A stretch of 64,000 bases of DNA from positions 199,115 through 263,114 of the forward strand of contig RHPI01002161.1 in NCBI GenBank assembly GCA_009103225.1, in the 5' to 3' direction. Positions 1 through 12,412 of this stretch are shown piece after piece. The notes under the pieces were generated by a model that saw only the letters and a program-made list of their open reading frames with translations, made no database searches and was not told the origin of the DNA. The DNA is from Chlorokybus atmophyticus (taxonomy: Eukaryota; Plantae; Mesostigma and Chlorokybus algae). Position numbers and translations under genes: made by a program. Each line of letters begins with the position of its first letter. The first letter of the stretch is position 1.

Positions 1-223
1 GGGCATCTGTGCCCCCGGTTATGGGAATAGCGCAAGTGCATCTGTATCGGCGAGTCACGTGACGTTAACGCACACAACAAGCAGCGGCGGCGGAAGCAGA
101 GGACAAGGACGGCGAGGAGGAGGAGGACAAGGACAAGGACGTTAGAGTCAACGACATCAGCGATGGTGATGCTGAACCTTTAGCTCACACCACTCACCTG
201 CCATCATCATCATCCAATCCGCC

Positions 224-3200
224 ATGGCGGCTGATCTTCCGGAGCCGCAGCAGCAGGCTGATGACACCGCCTCCGCCGCCGCCGCCACCTCCGCTGCCAG
301 CAACCCTGGCGGAGATGTCACCAAGGCCGAGGCGGGGGGTGACAGCAACAGCAATGGTAACATCGAGATATATCTGAGAGTGAGGCCGGTGAAGAGCCCG
401 TCTGAACGGATGAGCACAGACCCAACAGAAGGACAGGTGGGGGATGTTGTTACTGTTGTTATTGTTATTGTTGCTGTTGTATATTGGGTTTGAGTCTGGG
501 TTCTTATCATCACAGGTGAGGTTTAGTATCCCGAGGGAGGCGACGGCTGGTTTCATCAACAACACGCGGGAGCGGTACGACTTCAGGTTCAACGGCATCT
601 TCGCTCCGGACGCAAAACAGGACGAGGTATGGACACATCGCGCCCATATCTCAGGTCATGATGTCATCAACATCGACAGGGGATGCTGATAGTGAGATGG
701 AAAAGCATACAATGAAGTCAGTGATGAACGGGCAGGTGTTTGAGAGAGTCGCGCGCAAGGTTGTGGTTTCTGCTCTGGACGGCATCAATGGAACGGTGAG
801 ATCGCTATAGCAGAACTCACATAGCGCGTGGTATCAAAGCCATGCAGAGAGCGCAAGTCCAGCCATTAACTATACTCAGCACCCCCTGTTTTGGTCCTCA
901 TTAATGCTGTGTGCAAACCCATACAACAGGTGTTTGCGTACGGTCAGACCGGTAGCGGCAAGACATTCACGATTACTGGCGGCGCGGAGCGCTATGCAGA
1001 CAGGGGCATAATCCCAAGGCAAGGAGGATCAATGTGTGGCATAACCATGCGCGCGTAGACACACACTCGCACACATGCACGCACTTCCTCTCCCTCGAAT
1101 GTTCTGGTCCTGTCCTGACTATATGACGATGGCTCGCTCTCAACTTACCGTTGTTGCACTTGTCCCGTGCCCCCAGGTCCCTTTCCCTCATCTTCTCCGA
1201 GCTCTCCTCCCGCTCCGACTCCCTCTACGCCCTCCACGTCTCGTACCTCGAGATCTACAACGAGACTGGCTACGACCTGCTGGTCGACGAGCGGGGGGCA
1301 AAGGGGCTGGAGGACATGCCCAAGGTAGAGTGGGTGGGTGTGTGTGCGCGCGTATGTCCGCATACACACAGCTACCTAGCCGTGCACGCACGCACGCACA
1401 CATGGCCAGTCAACTCAGGACACGCACGCACATGTATAGACACAAAGTATGCATGCACACGCGCACCGCACGCACCACATCGTGCTCGTCTAATAGGCTA
1501 GCTGTTTGTCCACTGAAACCTATGTTGGGCATGCACAATGAGGCCACTCTTGTTTACCATCGCACACAATACAGGTGACTTTGATGGAGGACGAAGAGCA
1601 CAGGATCCATCTCAAGAACCTATCAGCTCACCGATGCATGTAAGTGGTGGTTACACACCTGACCAACATCTTACTGCGCGGTTTGTCACAAAGAGCGTGA
1701 CGTTGGTGTTGATGGATTTATGTTCTTACCTTTGTGTTCTCGCCTTGCCAGGACCGAGGAGGAGGCGCTCAACCTTCTCTTCCTGGGCGACACCAACCGC
1801 ATGATCAGTGAGACGCCCATGAACTTGGCCTCCTCGCGCTCGCACTGCATCTTCACAGTCAGGCAAGCACATAGCAACTTGAACAACTCATACAATACAA
1901 CCTCTACACACACCTGCACGCTGACTGCATCATATCATATGTTGACATCTTGGGATGTGTTTGTTTCGTGTGCAGCATCGAGGCGAGGAAGGCTGGTTCT
2001 GAGGTCGTTCGGAGATCGAAGCTTCATATCGTCGACTTGGCAGGATCAGAAAGGACGGCAAAGACGCAAGTCGCAGGCACGGTGAGCAACAAATGCTGCT
2101 GTTGGGTGCATATAAACTGAGCATGAGAGCTTGGTATACATACGGCTCTCAGGTGGTATCTGGTGCAAGCTGATTGTAAAGGCTGATGTTGTACCCTTGT
2201 GTGTGTGTGTGTGTGTTCGCAGACGCTGAAGGAGGCAACATATATCAACCTTTCGCTGCACTACCTGGAGCAGGTGCCGACTGCTTATCAGCACTCTGCA
2301 CAAGTGTTTGAAAGGCATACCACTGGGTTACAGACAACAGTGTTGTGAAGAAGTGAGTGTCATACAATAACGACATGTTGCATGTGCAGGTGATCATCGC
2401 GCTGCAGGAGCGTGCGCAGGGTCTCGCCCGCTCGCACGTGCCGTACCGCAACTCGGTCCTCACCAGCGTCATACGCGACTCCCTCGGAGGAAACTGCAAA
2501 ACCGTAACGTCGTTGTTGTTGTTGTTGTTGTGTCTGCTTTGCTGCTCTAGACCGTCTGAACAAGTGATATCTCTGCTCAGGTTATGATAGCGACGGTGAA
2601 TCAGTCTCAGGACCAGCTGGACGAGTCGATATCGACGTGCCGGTTCGCCCAACGCGTCGCCTGCGTGTCCAATGAAGTAATCTCACAACAATCACACACA
2701 CTCTCGCACATACGACTTCTTATACCCATTGCATCACATCTTATCTGCACGCCCCACGCTTACCGATCACACCTTTTTCCCTCCAGGCTTATGTCAACGA
2801 AGAGCTCGACCCCGCGCTCGTCATCAAACGCTTGCAGCAGCAGATAAGAGACCTCAAGGCAAGGGGAATGACAAGTTGACCTGTGTGTACATGTATCAAG
2901 TTCATTAATTTAAACAAACACGCACACACAACAGGAGGAGGTGAGGTTGCTGAGGGGTGAGCAAGAAGACCGCGGGCCATTGACCGAGGGCGAAATCGAC
3001 AACCTGCGCACGAAAATCGAGGCTTATATTGCCGATGACGCCGCAGATGCATCCCTCCCCTTAGGCGGTACGTGTCTATGTATGTGTCTTTATGCACACA
3101 CATACCCATCTCTCTGTCACTACAACCTCACATCCACATTCCAATATGGCAGGCCAGATGCTGTTCATACGTGCCGCCCACGGCGTGTTCAAGAGGATGG

Positions 3201-5455
3201 TACTGGAGGCCAGGCGAGGGGTGAAGGGCATGAGTGCAGGAGGGGGAGGGGGAGGAGTGAGTGGAGGAGGGGTGGAGAGGGTCAGAGGGAATGAGGAGAA
3301 GGGAGTGGAGAAGGTGGTTGAGAGGGGGGTGGCTGCTGCTCCTCCTTCAGATGTGTTGGATAAGTTGAAGAAACTGCAGCTCCAGGTGAGTGCATGGGTT
3401 GCTTAACCTCAGCATTAATTGCGAACCACGTACTCGCTGTAAGCGATTGCTTATGAAGGTACATGTATGTCGTCACTCCGGGGTTGTCATTGGGTGGGGT
3501 GCGTCCCTATCTTGTTCACTCTGTGCTGTATATATTGCATTGGATACATTGCAGTGCGCTTGACTGTATCACCCAACATTGCACACGCACTCACGGCCAA
3601 TGGAGTGCCTCACTCACTCATTCACTCACTCACTCACTCACTCGCTGACTGCACCATACGTTGTCATGCAATCTCTCTCACTCCCCTCACTCACTCTCAT
3701 TCTGATCCGATCGCAGGTTCAGCAGCGCGACAACGAGATCAGCATCCTCGTCTCCATGCTCAACAGCAAAAACAGCAGCGACCATCCCTCGCAGCAAGCA
3801 GGTCCCAAGCCTGGCCTTGGTCCCAGTTCCAACTCAGGTCCCGGGCTCGTCGTCCCTCCTAGCCTGGCCCCGCCCGGTCCCAGGATAGGCCAGGCGTCTG
3901 GGTGCGACCTGATCGCGAATGGGACCACGGATGCGCTCGTGGATGCGAGCTTGCTGGCTGACAGAAACAAGGCCTTTGAGATGTGAGTGTCATGATGCAT
4001 ATACAGACATGAATGTACGCGCGCGCACGTGTGGGCGTGTGCATGTTTGAATTTGCAAAATCTGTGTGTGCAGGTTTCGCAAGAGCTACCGGAAGAACGA
4101 GGCCATAGAAGAGAACAAGACTACCCTCAAAAGCAAATATGATGAAGCAAAGCAGCTTGGCGAAAACATAAACAAGTCACGTGAGGCAAGCACACTCATC
4201 CGTCACCATCGCTTCATTGTTCTGATCGTCACTCTCGCACGCATAACCAACACAACCACTAACACTTCCTTTGACCACAGTCGATCAACGCGTTGAAGCG
4301 GCGCGTCGAGCAGAGGCGAATGGCGCGGTCGGTCTCGCTGATATCCACGGGTGGGGCCGAGAGCTCCCCGCACGCTGCGAGGGAGGATTTGGAGGAGGCG
4401 CGCATGAAAGAGGAGATAGAGGCGGAGAAGGTGTGTGTGTATCTACGTGCGTGGGTGGGTGCGTGCGTGCGTTTTAATCTGGTTTGCGTGTGCGTGTGCG
4501 TGATGGTGTATGTGTAACTACCAATTGGTGCTCATGGTGTTGCTTGTTCTTGGTCAGGTTGTGTACAAAGAGGGTTTTGGGAGGCTGCGCGAGCTTAAGA
4601 GTGACATTGAGGGCCTGCACGCAATGCTTGAACACAGCAGAACACGGCTGCAGGTCAGTACCGATGTTGTTGAAAGACATGATATGATGCTAGTGGTGTG
4701 TCTGATGTTGACGTGTGTGGTTACAGGCGGACTTTGAACAGTGGCTGGGAATCATGTCGAGGCAGGCGCAGCCACAGCAGCAAGCACAACAAGCGCACGC
4801 ACAACAACAGGCACAAGTACAACAACGCCAACATGTTGCACCAAGCGCAGCATTCTCCGCATCTTCGCCCTCTTCTACCCCCAGTACAGTTGCAAGCACA
4901 CCCTCATCAAGCATCCCCTCTGCAAGCACACCCTCTTTCACTTACCCCAACACACCATCATCAACAACATCAAGCGCAATGAGGACTCCAAGCACGAACA
5001 CATCAGCGACAATGTCTGCGATATCGTCTTCGTTGTCGTTATCGTTATCAAGACCGCTACTAAGAGCAGTGAAGCAAGCGTGGGGAACCGAACAGCCGCC
5101 GACAACATCATTCCCAACGCCCACAACATCAATCCCAACACCCACACCATCCACATCAACCAGCATGAGCAGGAGCATGGACTACTACTCCACTGCTGGC
5201 AACAGTGCGGCAACGGGGTCAGACTCCACGCTGAAGCCGACCCAACAACACAGCTCGAGGCCACAATCAGCGCGAAGCACGGGTGGGGGAGGAGGCAAGA
5301 GTGCTGATGGGGTGTTATCAATGGCGGAGCAAAGAGCGTCAACCGTGTTGACTGGCAATGCTGAGGCTGATGCGGACATCCTGGCGTTCTACAAGGCAAG
5401 AGAGAGGCTGCTGATGATGCAGAAAGGGGGCACAACTGCGCCGCGTAAGGGATGA
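224..5455 (+). CDS. KIF6: Kinesin-9 family motor protein, KIF6-like (19 exons)
   Basis: Spliced exons give the motor motifs IEIYLRVRP, FAYGQTGSGKT (P-loop), SSRSH (switch I), DLAGSER (switch II), HVPYRNS and LGGNCKT. Later exons give NKAFEMFRKSY and the KIF6-type tail LTGNAEADADILAFYKAR. All 18 introns keep frame (14 GT-AG, 4 GC-AG). Stop TGA 5453-5455. Confidence 0.92.
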
Positions 5456-5763
5456 TGCATGTAGTCAACGTTGGGCCCCTTAGCTATGTATGTATCCCAT
5501 AACGCGACTTTGCGGTTGAGTGTGTCCATGTGCACAAGCGTATGTACAAAGTTAGAAGCGCTATGTGCGCGTATTGCGTGCACGAGCGCACAATCACATG
5601 GTCTATTTGCCAGATGCAACATCGGTACACGTATTGAGCTGATTAGCCACAAACTGCACACACAAGTGTTGAAAACGGTTTGAACGATGGCACAACGATC
5701 GCCAAAAGCGGTGCTCCAAGCACATCACGCGCATCCTACTCACTGCAAAGATTCAGGAAACAG

Positions 5764-7986
5764 TCAGAGTCCAATAACCAGAAGCTCCTCGTTGTTCAAC
5801 ACTGGCTCCATAGCAACTCGCAAAGCGTGCCTGCAATGAAGACGCGTGACTGTTAGCGTACATGATAATACATAATATATCCAGCGCAAAGACAATACCC
5901 TTTGCAGTGAGGCATGAGCTCTTATACGCTAAACGCTAAGTTCAATACAGCTGATGGTGAAATTAACTTACTTGTTCGCTGCGCGTGTGCGCGCCAACAT
6001 CTTTGCCCCCTCTTTGGCAACCGCTGCCAGGCTGCAACAGCAGGTCAGATGCCACCCTTGAAGCACAACACAAGACGACACAATCCAGACAACCAAGTAT
6101 TAGTGCCATGCAACCAATACCTTTGTACTTCCTCAATGGCGCTTCGACTAGGTGCAGATTTGTTTTCACCAGCAGCAAAGCTGCCGTATGCATCACTACG
6201 GTTGGAATGTCCTGAACTGTGCGGCTCTTCCTGCTTTCTAATGTCATCTCGTGGCAAAACACGGCGGATGTCTTCTGGTAACTCATCTTGAAGACTAGAC
6301 AGCAACTCTGCACAACACTTGTACGCATGACGCGCGGGATTGGCATACACCACAGCCAGCAGAGCAACTTGTCACAGTTGCACGCACCTTGTGGGTTGGC
6401 ATTGAGCAGTGCATTTTGGTAGAATGCTTCAAGGGAAGGACCACCACTGGCAGATGCATCCTGCTGCGCATTTCGGCTGCTTGCAACCACAGCGCTGGCT
6501 TCTTTCTTGCGATACTGCAGCTCTGCTGTGACTGCGGCAATGACGCTGTCCAGATCTGCGGCGCTGTTGGTGCGGTATGTCAAGGTTGTTCACACGGCAT
6601 CACATGCACTGGTTCAGTCAGCAGATAATGGCAATACTCAAATGCATGTATTGTGAGACAGAACAGCATAAGGATACAGCTGGCTGACAGAGGCAGACTC
6701 ATCGTACTCCAACTGCGCGCGAGGGTCGTGTGCTTTGCACTCTGCATCGCCGCCTCTCAGCGACACTTCAGCTGCCAGTTGCTCATCCAATGCACTCTCC
6801 TGCCCACCAATGGCATGCATGAGAAATGATGCGAGATTGCATCATCGTTGTGCGCTGTGAGTCAACCTCAACAACTTACCATCCAGCGCCAGAAGACTTC
6901 CATGTGCTGCGTGCCTTCGGCAGCGCTGACTTGCCCTCCTTGCACTTGCTCCAGTGCTGTAATGTGCGCCTGCAACAACAGGAAGCCATTGTGTCACCCA
7001 TGCACAAAGGAGGGTCCTCATGCAGCCAACAATAGCTGTGGTCAACACTAACTGTTTGGTTTGAACACACTTTGCCTGAAATGACTGGCTGCAAGCAGCA
7101 AGCTTGGTAAGCAAGGCTTACAGCATGCCACACAGCATGTACACAGCTCTGTGATACTGTCTACATGCTGTGGGCATACTTGCGTGGCTTCATACAGCGC
7201 AGCTTGCAAACAGCTTCAAATGCTGTCATGCTGCGGAGAGTGCTGGACTAACAGTACGTACCTTGAGCAGTGGAGGGTTGGTAAGAAGATGCAGTTCATA
7301 GGGCGTAAGGAAGGAGGCGGCGCTTCTACTCCTCGGTGCGTACTCCTCGTGCAGCTGACCAGCAAGAATGCACACAACTAAGCGGTTGCATGTTCGTTGG
7401 GAACCAGTTCCAAACAGCTCGGCACCTGCGTTTGCATGGCGGATATTGCATGCAGGCGGCGCAGACGGCACGCGAGCAACATGGACAGCTGCTGCGACTT
7501 CACCTGCACCCTCCCTTTCAACATCTGAGCTGCGTGCATGCGCAAGCCTGCCTGCACAAGGTAAGCATGAGACTTGCTGACAATGGCTTCATGCTTGATG
7601 CAAGCAATGTCAAGGGCAACATATGACAGTCATGACACAAAGAGCAGCAAACACACGCACACATGGACAGGCATGCACATGCACCTTCTCAGTGTGACGT
7701 GCATGAGAGCCCAGTCTCTGCGCGTCCCGCACATATGCCGCAGCAGCACTCGCAGCTGCACCGGCGGCTTTAAGAGCTTCGGTGCTCTCGTACATGTCTT
7801 CAGGGTAAGGCGGGAGCATCCCCCCTGCATTGCCTTGTGCACGGGCCTCATTGGAGGTTTGTTGTTGCTGTTGCGGCAAAGCCTTTCCGAGCAGATTCGT
7901 GCGCGAAAACAACCATCCCAAAGCTAACAGAATCTCCCTATCCAAGAGATATGCACACAAGAGTACCTTAGCATTCGGTATATACA

Positions 7987-8067
<81 letters not shown>

Positions 8068-9100
8068 NNNNNNNNNNNNNNNNNNNNNNNNNNNNNNNNN
8101 NNNNNNNNNNNNNNNNNNNNNNNNNNNNNNNNNNNNNNNNNNNNNNNNNNNNNNNNNNNNNNNNNNNNNNNNNNNNNNNNNNNNNNNNNNNNAGAGAGAG
8201 AGAGAGAGAGAGAGAGAGTGCGCGTGCTTCTTCTGCTCCACCTGCTTTGGGTGCTATCGGAGTTCAACGCAAAGACCGCCGCTCTTGGATAGCCCCACAC
8301 TCCAAGGTAGTGCTTGACAAAGTCAGGCACTGATGGTGCACACGTCGCGGAGTTAAGCAAGAAAGCAACAATCAACGACTGAGCACAGGCAGGGAAAAAG
8401 TCTCTCGCAGCAACAACGCCATGCATGTATTTACTAGCAGATTCATACCATACCATCCTCGGTGGCAGCCTCAGCGTTCAGCTCCGCCCACAGAGCTTCC
8501 AAACGCTGTCTGGCGGTCTTGTGGTCGGGCCACTGCGCCAGCTCGAGCGCGATGACGTCGTGCAGGGCATGCCACAACTGCCCGCACTGCGAGCAGACAT
8601 TGCAATGAGTAATTGCATGGCTTACTGACAAGACAGAAAGCAGCAGTCTGGATTGAAGCTATGAGAAGAAAGACTGTCAGCTGTACGTTACACTTGTGAA
8701 TAGCAATGGCAAAGCAGCAGGCAAGCAAGCATACCAAGCATACATGCAAAGCAAATAAGCAAGCAAGCAATGCAATCACACAGCCACCCAGCAGGCATGT
8801 ACGCAATCAAGCAGACCGAGAAAGCAGTCAAAGATAGCAAGCAAACAAGCTGAACGCAGACTCAAGCAAACAAGCAATCAAGGACATCAGGCAAGCTGTC
8901 ACTTAAAGCCACAAATTCAATGAAGAATAACAACCAAGTAGCGCATGCAGCTCATGATCAGGCTCCATGCTCTCTCTCACCGCGTCGGGGTTGTCGAACT
9001 TGGCCAGGCGGAGAAGCTCTGGGGTAAGGGCAGCGCTGACACCCGCCGCCTCCGCCGCCGCGCAAACCCACGCTATGCCGTCCCTAGCGCTGCTACCCAT
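5764..9100 (-). CDS. TEDC1: Tubulin epsilon and delta complex protein 1 (TEDC1/C14orf80)-like, multi-exon
   Basis: Spliced peptides PELLRLAKFDNPDA|CGQLWHAL, FVKHYLGVWGYPRAAVFAL, SR|EILLALGWLFSR and HMEVFWRWM match, from memory and in order, human TEDC1 blocks (PEIFRRAKFDRPEA, LCSQGYPRLAL, SRELLLALSWLLAR, FWRWM). The last exon (..VLNNEELLVIGL*, TGA 5764-5766) is less certain. Confidence 0.75.
7991..8218. repeat. (AG)n microsatellite containing an assembly gap (N 8068-8192), in a TEDC1 intron
   Basis: Directly visible. Confidence 0.97.
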
Positions 9101-9841
9101 GCCTGCCTTTCACTTCAAATCTGCTGTGCTCGCAGTGGTAGTTTCTAACAAGCTTGTCGCCGCCGTTGCCGCCGTTGCTGCCGTCGTTGGCCTCGTCGTC
9201 CTTTAGCTCGTCGTTGTTGTTGTGGTCATCGTCGTCGCTCTCCTCGTCGTCGTCAGCGGCCTGCTCATCACTTGCCTGCCCCAAGCCAGCCATCAGCCAT
9301 GGCCAGCAAGCATTGGTGCGTGCGTGTTGTTTGAAGGGAAGATTGTCTTTGCTATTGCTGCTTGGATGAACTGGCGTTGACAGCCAGTTGCTTGTTGATA
9401 GCCGTTGCTCGTGGCTATTATGGCTAGCCTTGTAGGCAGCGATTCAATAGCAGCTTGCTAACGGTCACAGCTGGGCTGTTTGACTCGAAGCAGCGGTAAT
9501 TGTAGTCGATGTCGTCGTTGTAGTCGACATGTTCCCTGTGCTGTGTTGTCAACTATGTTGGCTCTATGCGGTTAACACAAGCAAGTACCAGTGTCCAGCT
9601 TGTCAAGCTTGAGACTGGCACGCAGTAAGGGCCCGGCTAGGGCCTCTTGACATGCGTTTGCTTACACAGAGGGTTGTCAATAGCCAATCAGGCAACCAGC
9701 ACGGGTGCTTCTCAAGTTACTAGTCATGTACTTGAGCAGAGTAGTATGACGCTGCCAGCTGCAGTTGTTAATACACAAGTACTTTGTTTGTTGTCGTTCA
9801 CGACCTAATTGTAGCTCAACACTCCTTTGTACTTTCTGCAG

Positions 9842-10886
9842 TTTTACTGATATTGCGGCCGGCGAGGCGCACCATAGCCCCGCTGAGATCCGCCACGGAG
9901 CGTGCATCGTCAAGGGCGGCAAAGTTCTCGCCGTCGGCCACAATCGCCCTGGCCACGTTGCTGCCGCAGGCCTCGCAGTCCCGTCAATCCACGCTGAGAT
10001 GGTAAGCTGAATGCGTGCGCGTCCATGTGCGTGCATGCGTGCCTGCACGCGCGTGTATATGTATACGTGTGTGTGGGTGCTAGCATTGACAGCTTCACAA
10101 CTGAGTCTACGTTAGTACAGGAATTTGTACTCGTGACTGTTATTGTACACGCATATGTGTACACGTACGTGTGTAAGCATCTACTGTGCGTAAGCATGTA
10201 TATATGTTTGTATGAACGTATGTTCCTATTTCGGTATGCGTTTGGCGTGTGTAGCGGGTGATGTTATTGCTTATGTGATGTTGGTTGCAGGATGCTTTAC
10301 TTCGAGTCGGGCTGCATCGGCAGCAGCGTGTATGGTGGAGCGGTGCGGCGGCGCGCGCTTTCTCCAGCTGCCTGACCCGGCGGTGTGAAAAAGCTGTCCA
10401 ACGAAAAGAAGAAGAACAACGCACACAACTGCAACAACAACGATAAGACAATCAGCAACAAAGGCGTGCTGCTACAGCCGCAAAGCCGTCTCAACCACAC
10501 AGCATGCAAGAGTACCACATCAACCAAGGACTACGAAAACCACAAACCAAGCTGGTAAATTTTTTGCCTTAACACTTACATGATGTGGCAGTCGACATAT
10601 TCTGTATGCAAGTTTGAATTGTGCTTGTTTTCCGGTTCATTCTCAGGACAACAAAGCAAGGTGCGCCGTGGGGTGCAGACTTGTATGTCGTGCGCCTTGG
10701 ACGTGATGGAGGCTTGCTCGGTTCGGTGAGTGCACGTTTGAGGTGATGGTCGAGGTTCTCTTAAATATGCAAGCAGATGAATAACTTTTGTGGCAGAAAC
10801 CTTGCACCTGCTGTGTGGCGCTCATGCGTATCCATGGGATCAAACGCGTATTCTATAGCACACCAGAAGGGTTACGCCAGGACATG
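9842..10886 (+). CDS. Zn-dependent cytidine/dCMP-deaminase-fold protein (ends uncertain; middle exon has a frame/stop problem)
   Basis: Exons encode RHGACIVKGGKVLAVGHN...SIHAEM|DALLR, then GADLYVVRLGRDGGLLGS|KPCTCCVALMRIHGIKRVFYST, i.e. the HAE and PCxxC motifs of the deaminase superfamily. Start codon and last exon not resolved. Confidence 0.75.
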
Positions 10887-11644
10887 GTGAGCACATATGC
10901 ACTAGCACTCTTGTGATCTTACATGTTGCAATGGTGTTTCAGCTTGTGTCATTGCTCCTGTGATTGGTGTGCGTATGTGGAGTGCGGGTAACGATGAAAT
11001 GGCCTGCGCGGTCGCGTGTGTCATGTAAGCAACTGTGTGCATGCAGGTTATAAGCATGTGCGCAGAGTTGAGTTCAGGCGTGAAGCGGTTGCTGCAGTCG
11101 CCATGTGGCAAGGATGCATTGCCGTCTAGCATACTGTAGACCCTGCATGAGGGCAACATCATGTAGTAGAATAGTTGTAGTGATCCAGCATTGGTTTCTA
11201 GCTTGTCAGCTCATCGGGACTTGAAAACTGTAGCTGGAACTGGAACACAGCATCCTTCAAAAATTATCCAGTGTTCATGGCCGCTTGCATGGGGTTTGTG
11301 TGTCTTTAGCAACCAAGGAAAGTTAGACTCGTAGTAGAAGAAGAAGGACAACAAGTGGTAGATACTGCTGTGTAATTTACACAAATTATGGCTGCTTGCA
11401 TGGAGTCTGTATGTGTTTATCAAACAAGGAGTTGAAGACTGGCAGTAGTAGGAAAAGGCCAACAAGTAATCAGAGCTGCTTTGTGATTTACAAGTTACAG
11501 GTTACCTGTCGGGATGTGGACTCCAGTTTTCCTGCAGCTTTTGCACAGTGACAAGCGGCCAACTCGCTGCGGCCTGACTCGAGTCGCAGCGACACAAAAT
11601 TAATGCCCGACTTACGGCCTTGAAAGGCCAAATGGCAGAGGCGT

Positions 11645-11718
11645 TGGTCCAGACAGGTCTCGAACCTGTGACCTTCGCGTTATTAGCACGACGCTCTAAC
11701 CAGCTGAGCTACAAGACC
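11645..11718 (-). tRNA. tRNA-Ile (anticodon AAT)
   Basis: Reverse complement GGTCTTGTAGCTCAGCTGGTTAGAGCGTCGTGCTAATAACGCGAAGGTCACAGGTTCGAGACCTGTCTGGACCA folds as a cloverleaf: anticodon loop CT-AAT-AA, T-loop TTCGAGA, one U-U mismatch in the acceptor stem, no intron. Confidence 0.96.
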
Positions 11719-12412
11719 AATTGATGTCCACACACTAAAATATACATAAATATACCCTTTACAATAAACCATGTCATAATTGTTATCGATGAGCCCTGTG
11801 TACTTGGTGAACCCCGGTTCACATGCAGTGGTCAGTGACTTTGGCGGGAGGGCCTGTAGCACTGATGTGACGTGAGGTGGTGAGCTGCGGCGTACAGGAC
11901 GGCGGCGTTGAGGGCGGCGACGTGGCCGCGCTAATTAGGCGTCCTAGCAAGGCGAGTCACCGCTCATTTCAAGTTGTGCAACGCCATGCAAGTCAAGACG
12001 GCGATAACCGGCTGCCCCATTTCAAGAGAGGAAGCAATGGCACTGCTCGCCACCTCTTTGCGGTAAAGCTGTCGTTGGTTTCTAGCATGTGCGCGTCGAT
12101 GGCATTTCATCATACGTAGATTGCTGAAGCAACAGTACCAATGGTAGCTTTATCGTTGTCAGTGACCGGCTTGCTATGGATGTTGACGTAACTGTGTATG
12201 GTATATTACCTTTCTGTCGTCATTCGCAGCATCAACAACAGCAGCCTGAAGTTGTTGCTGAGGTCTTAATTGTCGCATTGACTTTATAACTGCAACCCCA
12301 ACAACAGTAGGCAGACAATTGCTGTTGCTCAGGTTAACGTTATTGAGGATAGCAACAACGGCAGCAGTGAGGTAAGGTCCACAACAGCAACCCTGGCAAC
12401 AGGGTGGAGAAA

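Noticed and set aside
9842-11718. Functional link between the deaminase and the neighbouring tRNA-Ile(AAT), which needs I34
   Set aside because: The protein lacks recognisable ADAT2/3 features, and adjacency of a nuclear tRNA gene carries little functional information in eukaryotes.
11786-11868. Possible C/D-box snoRNA (cgatga ... ctga)
   Set aside because: The C box is imperfect, there is no clear terminal stem, and I could not identify an rRNA-complementary guide.
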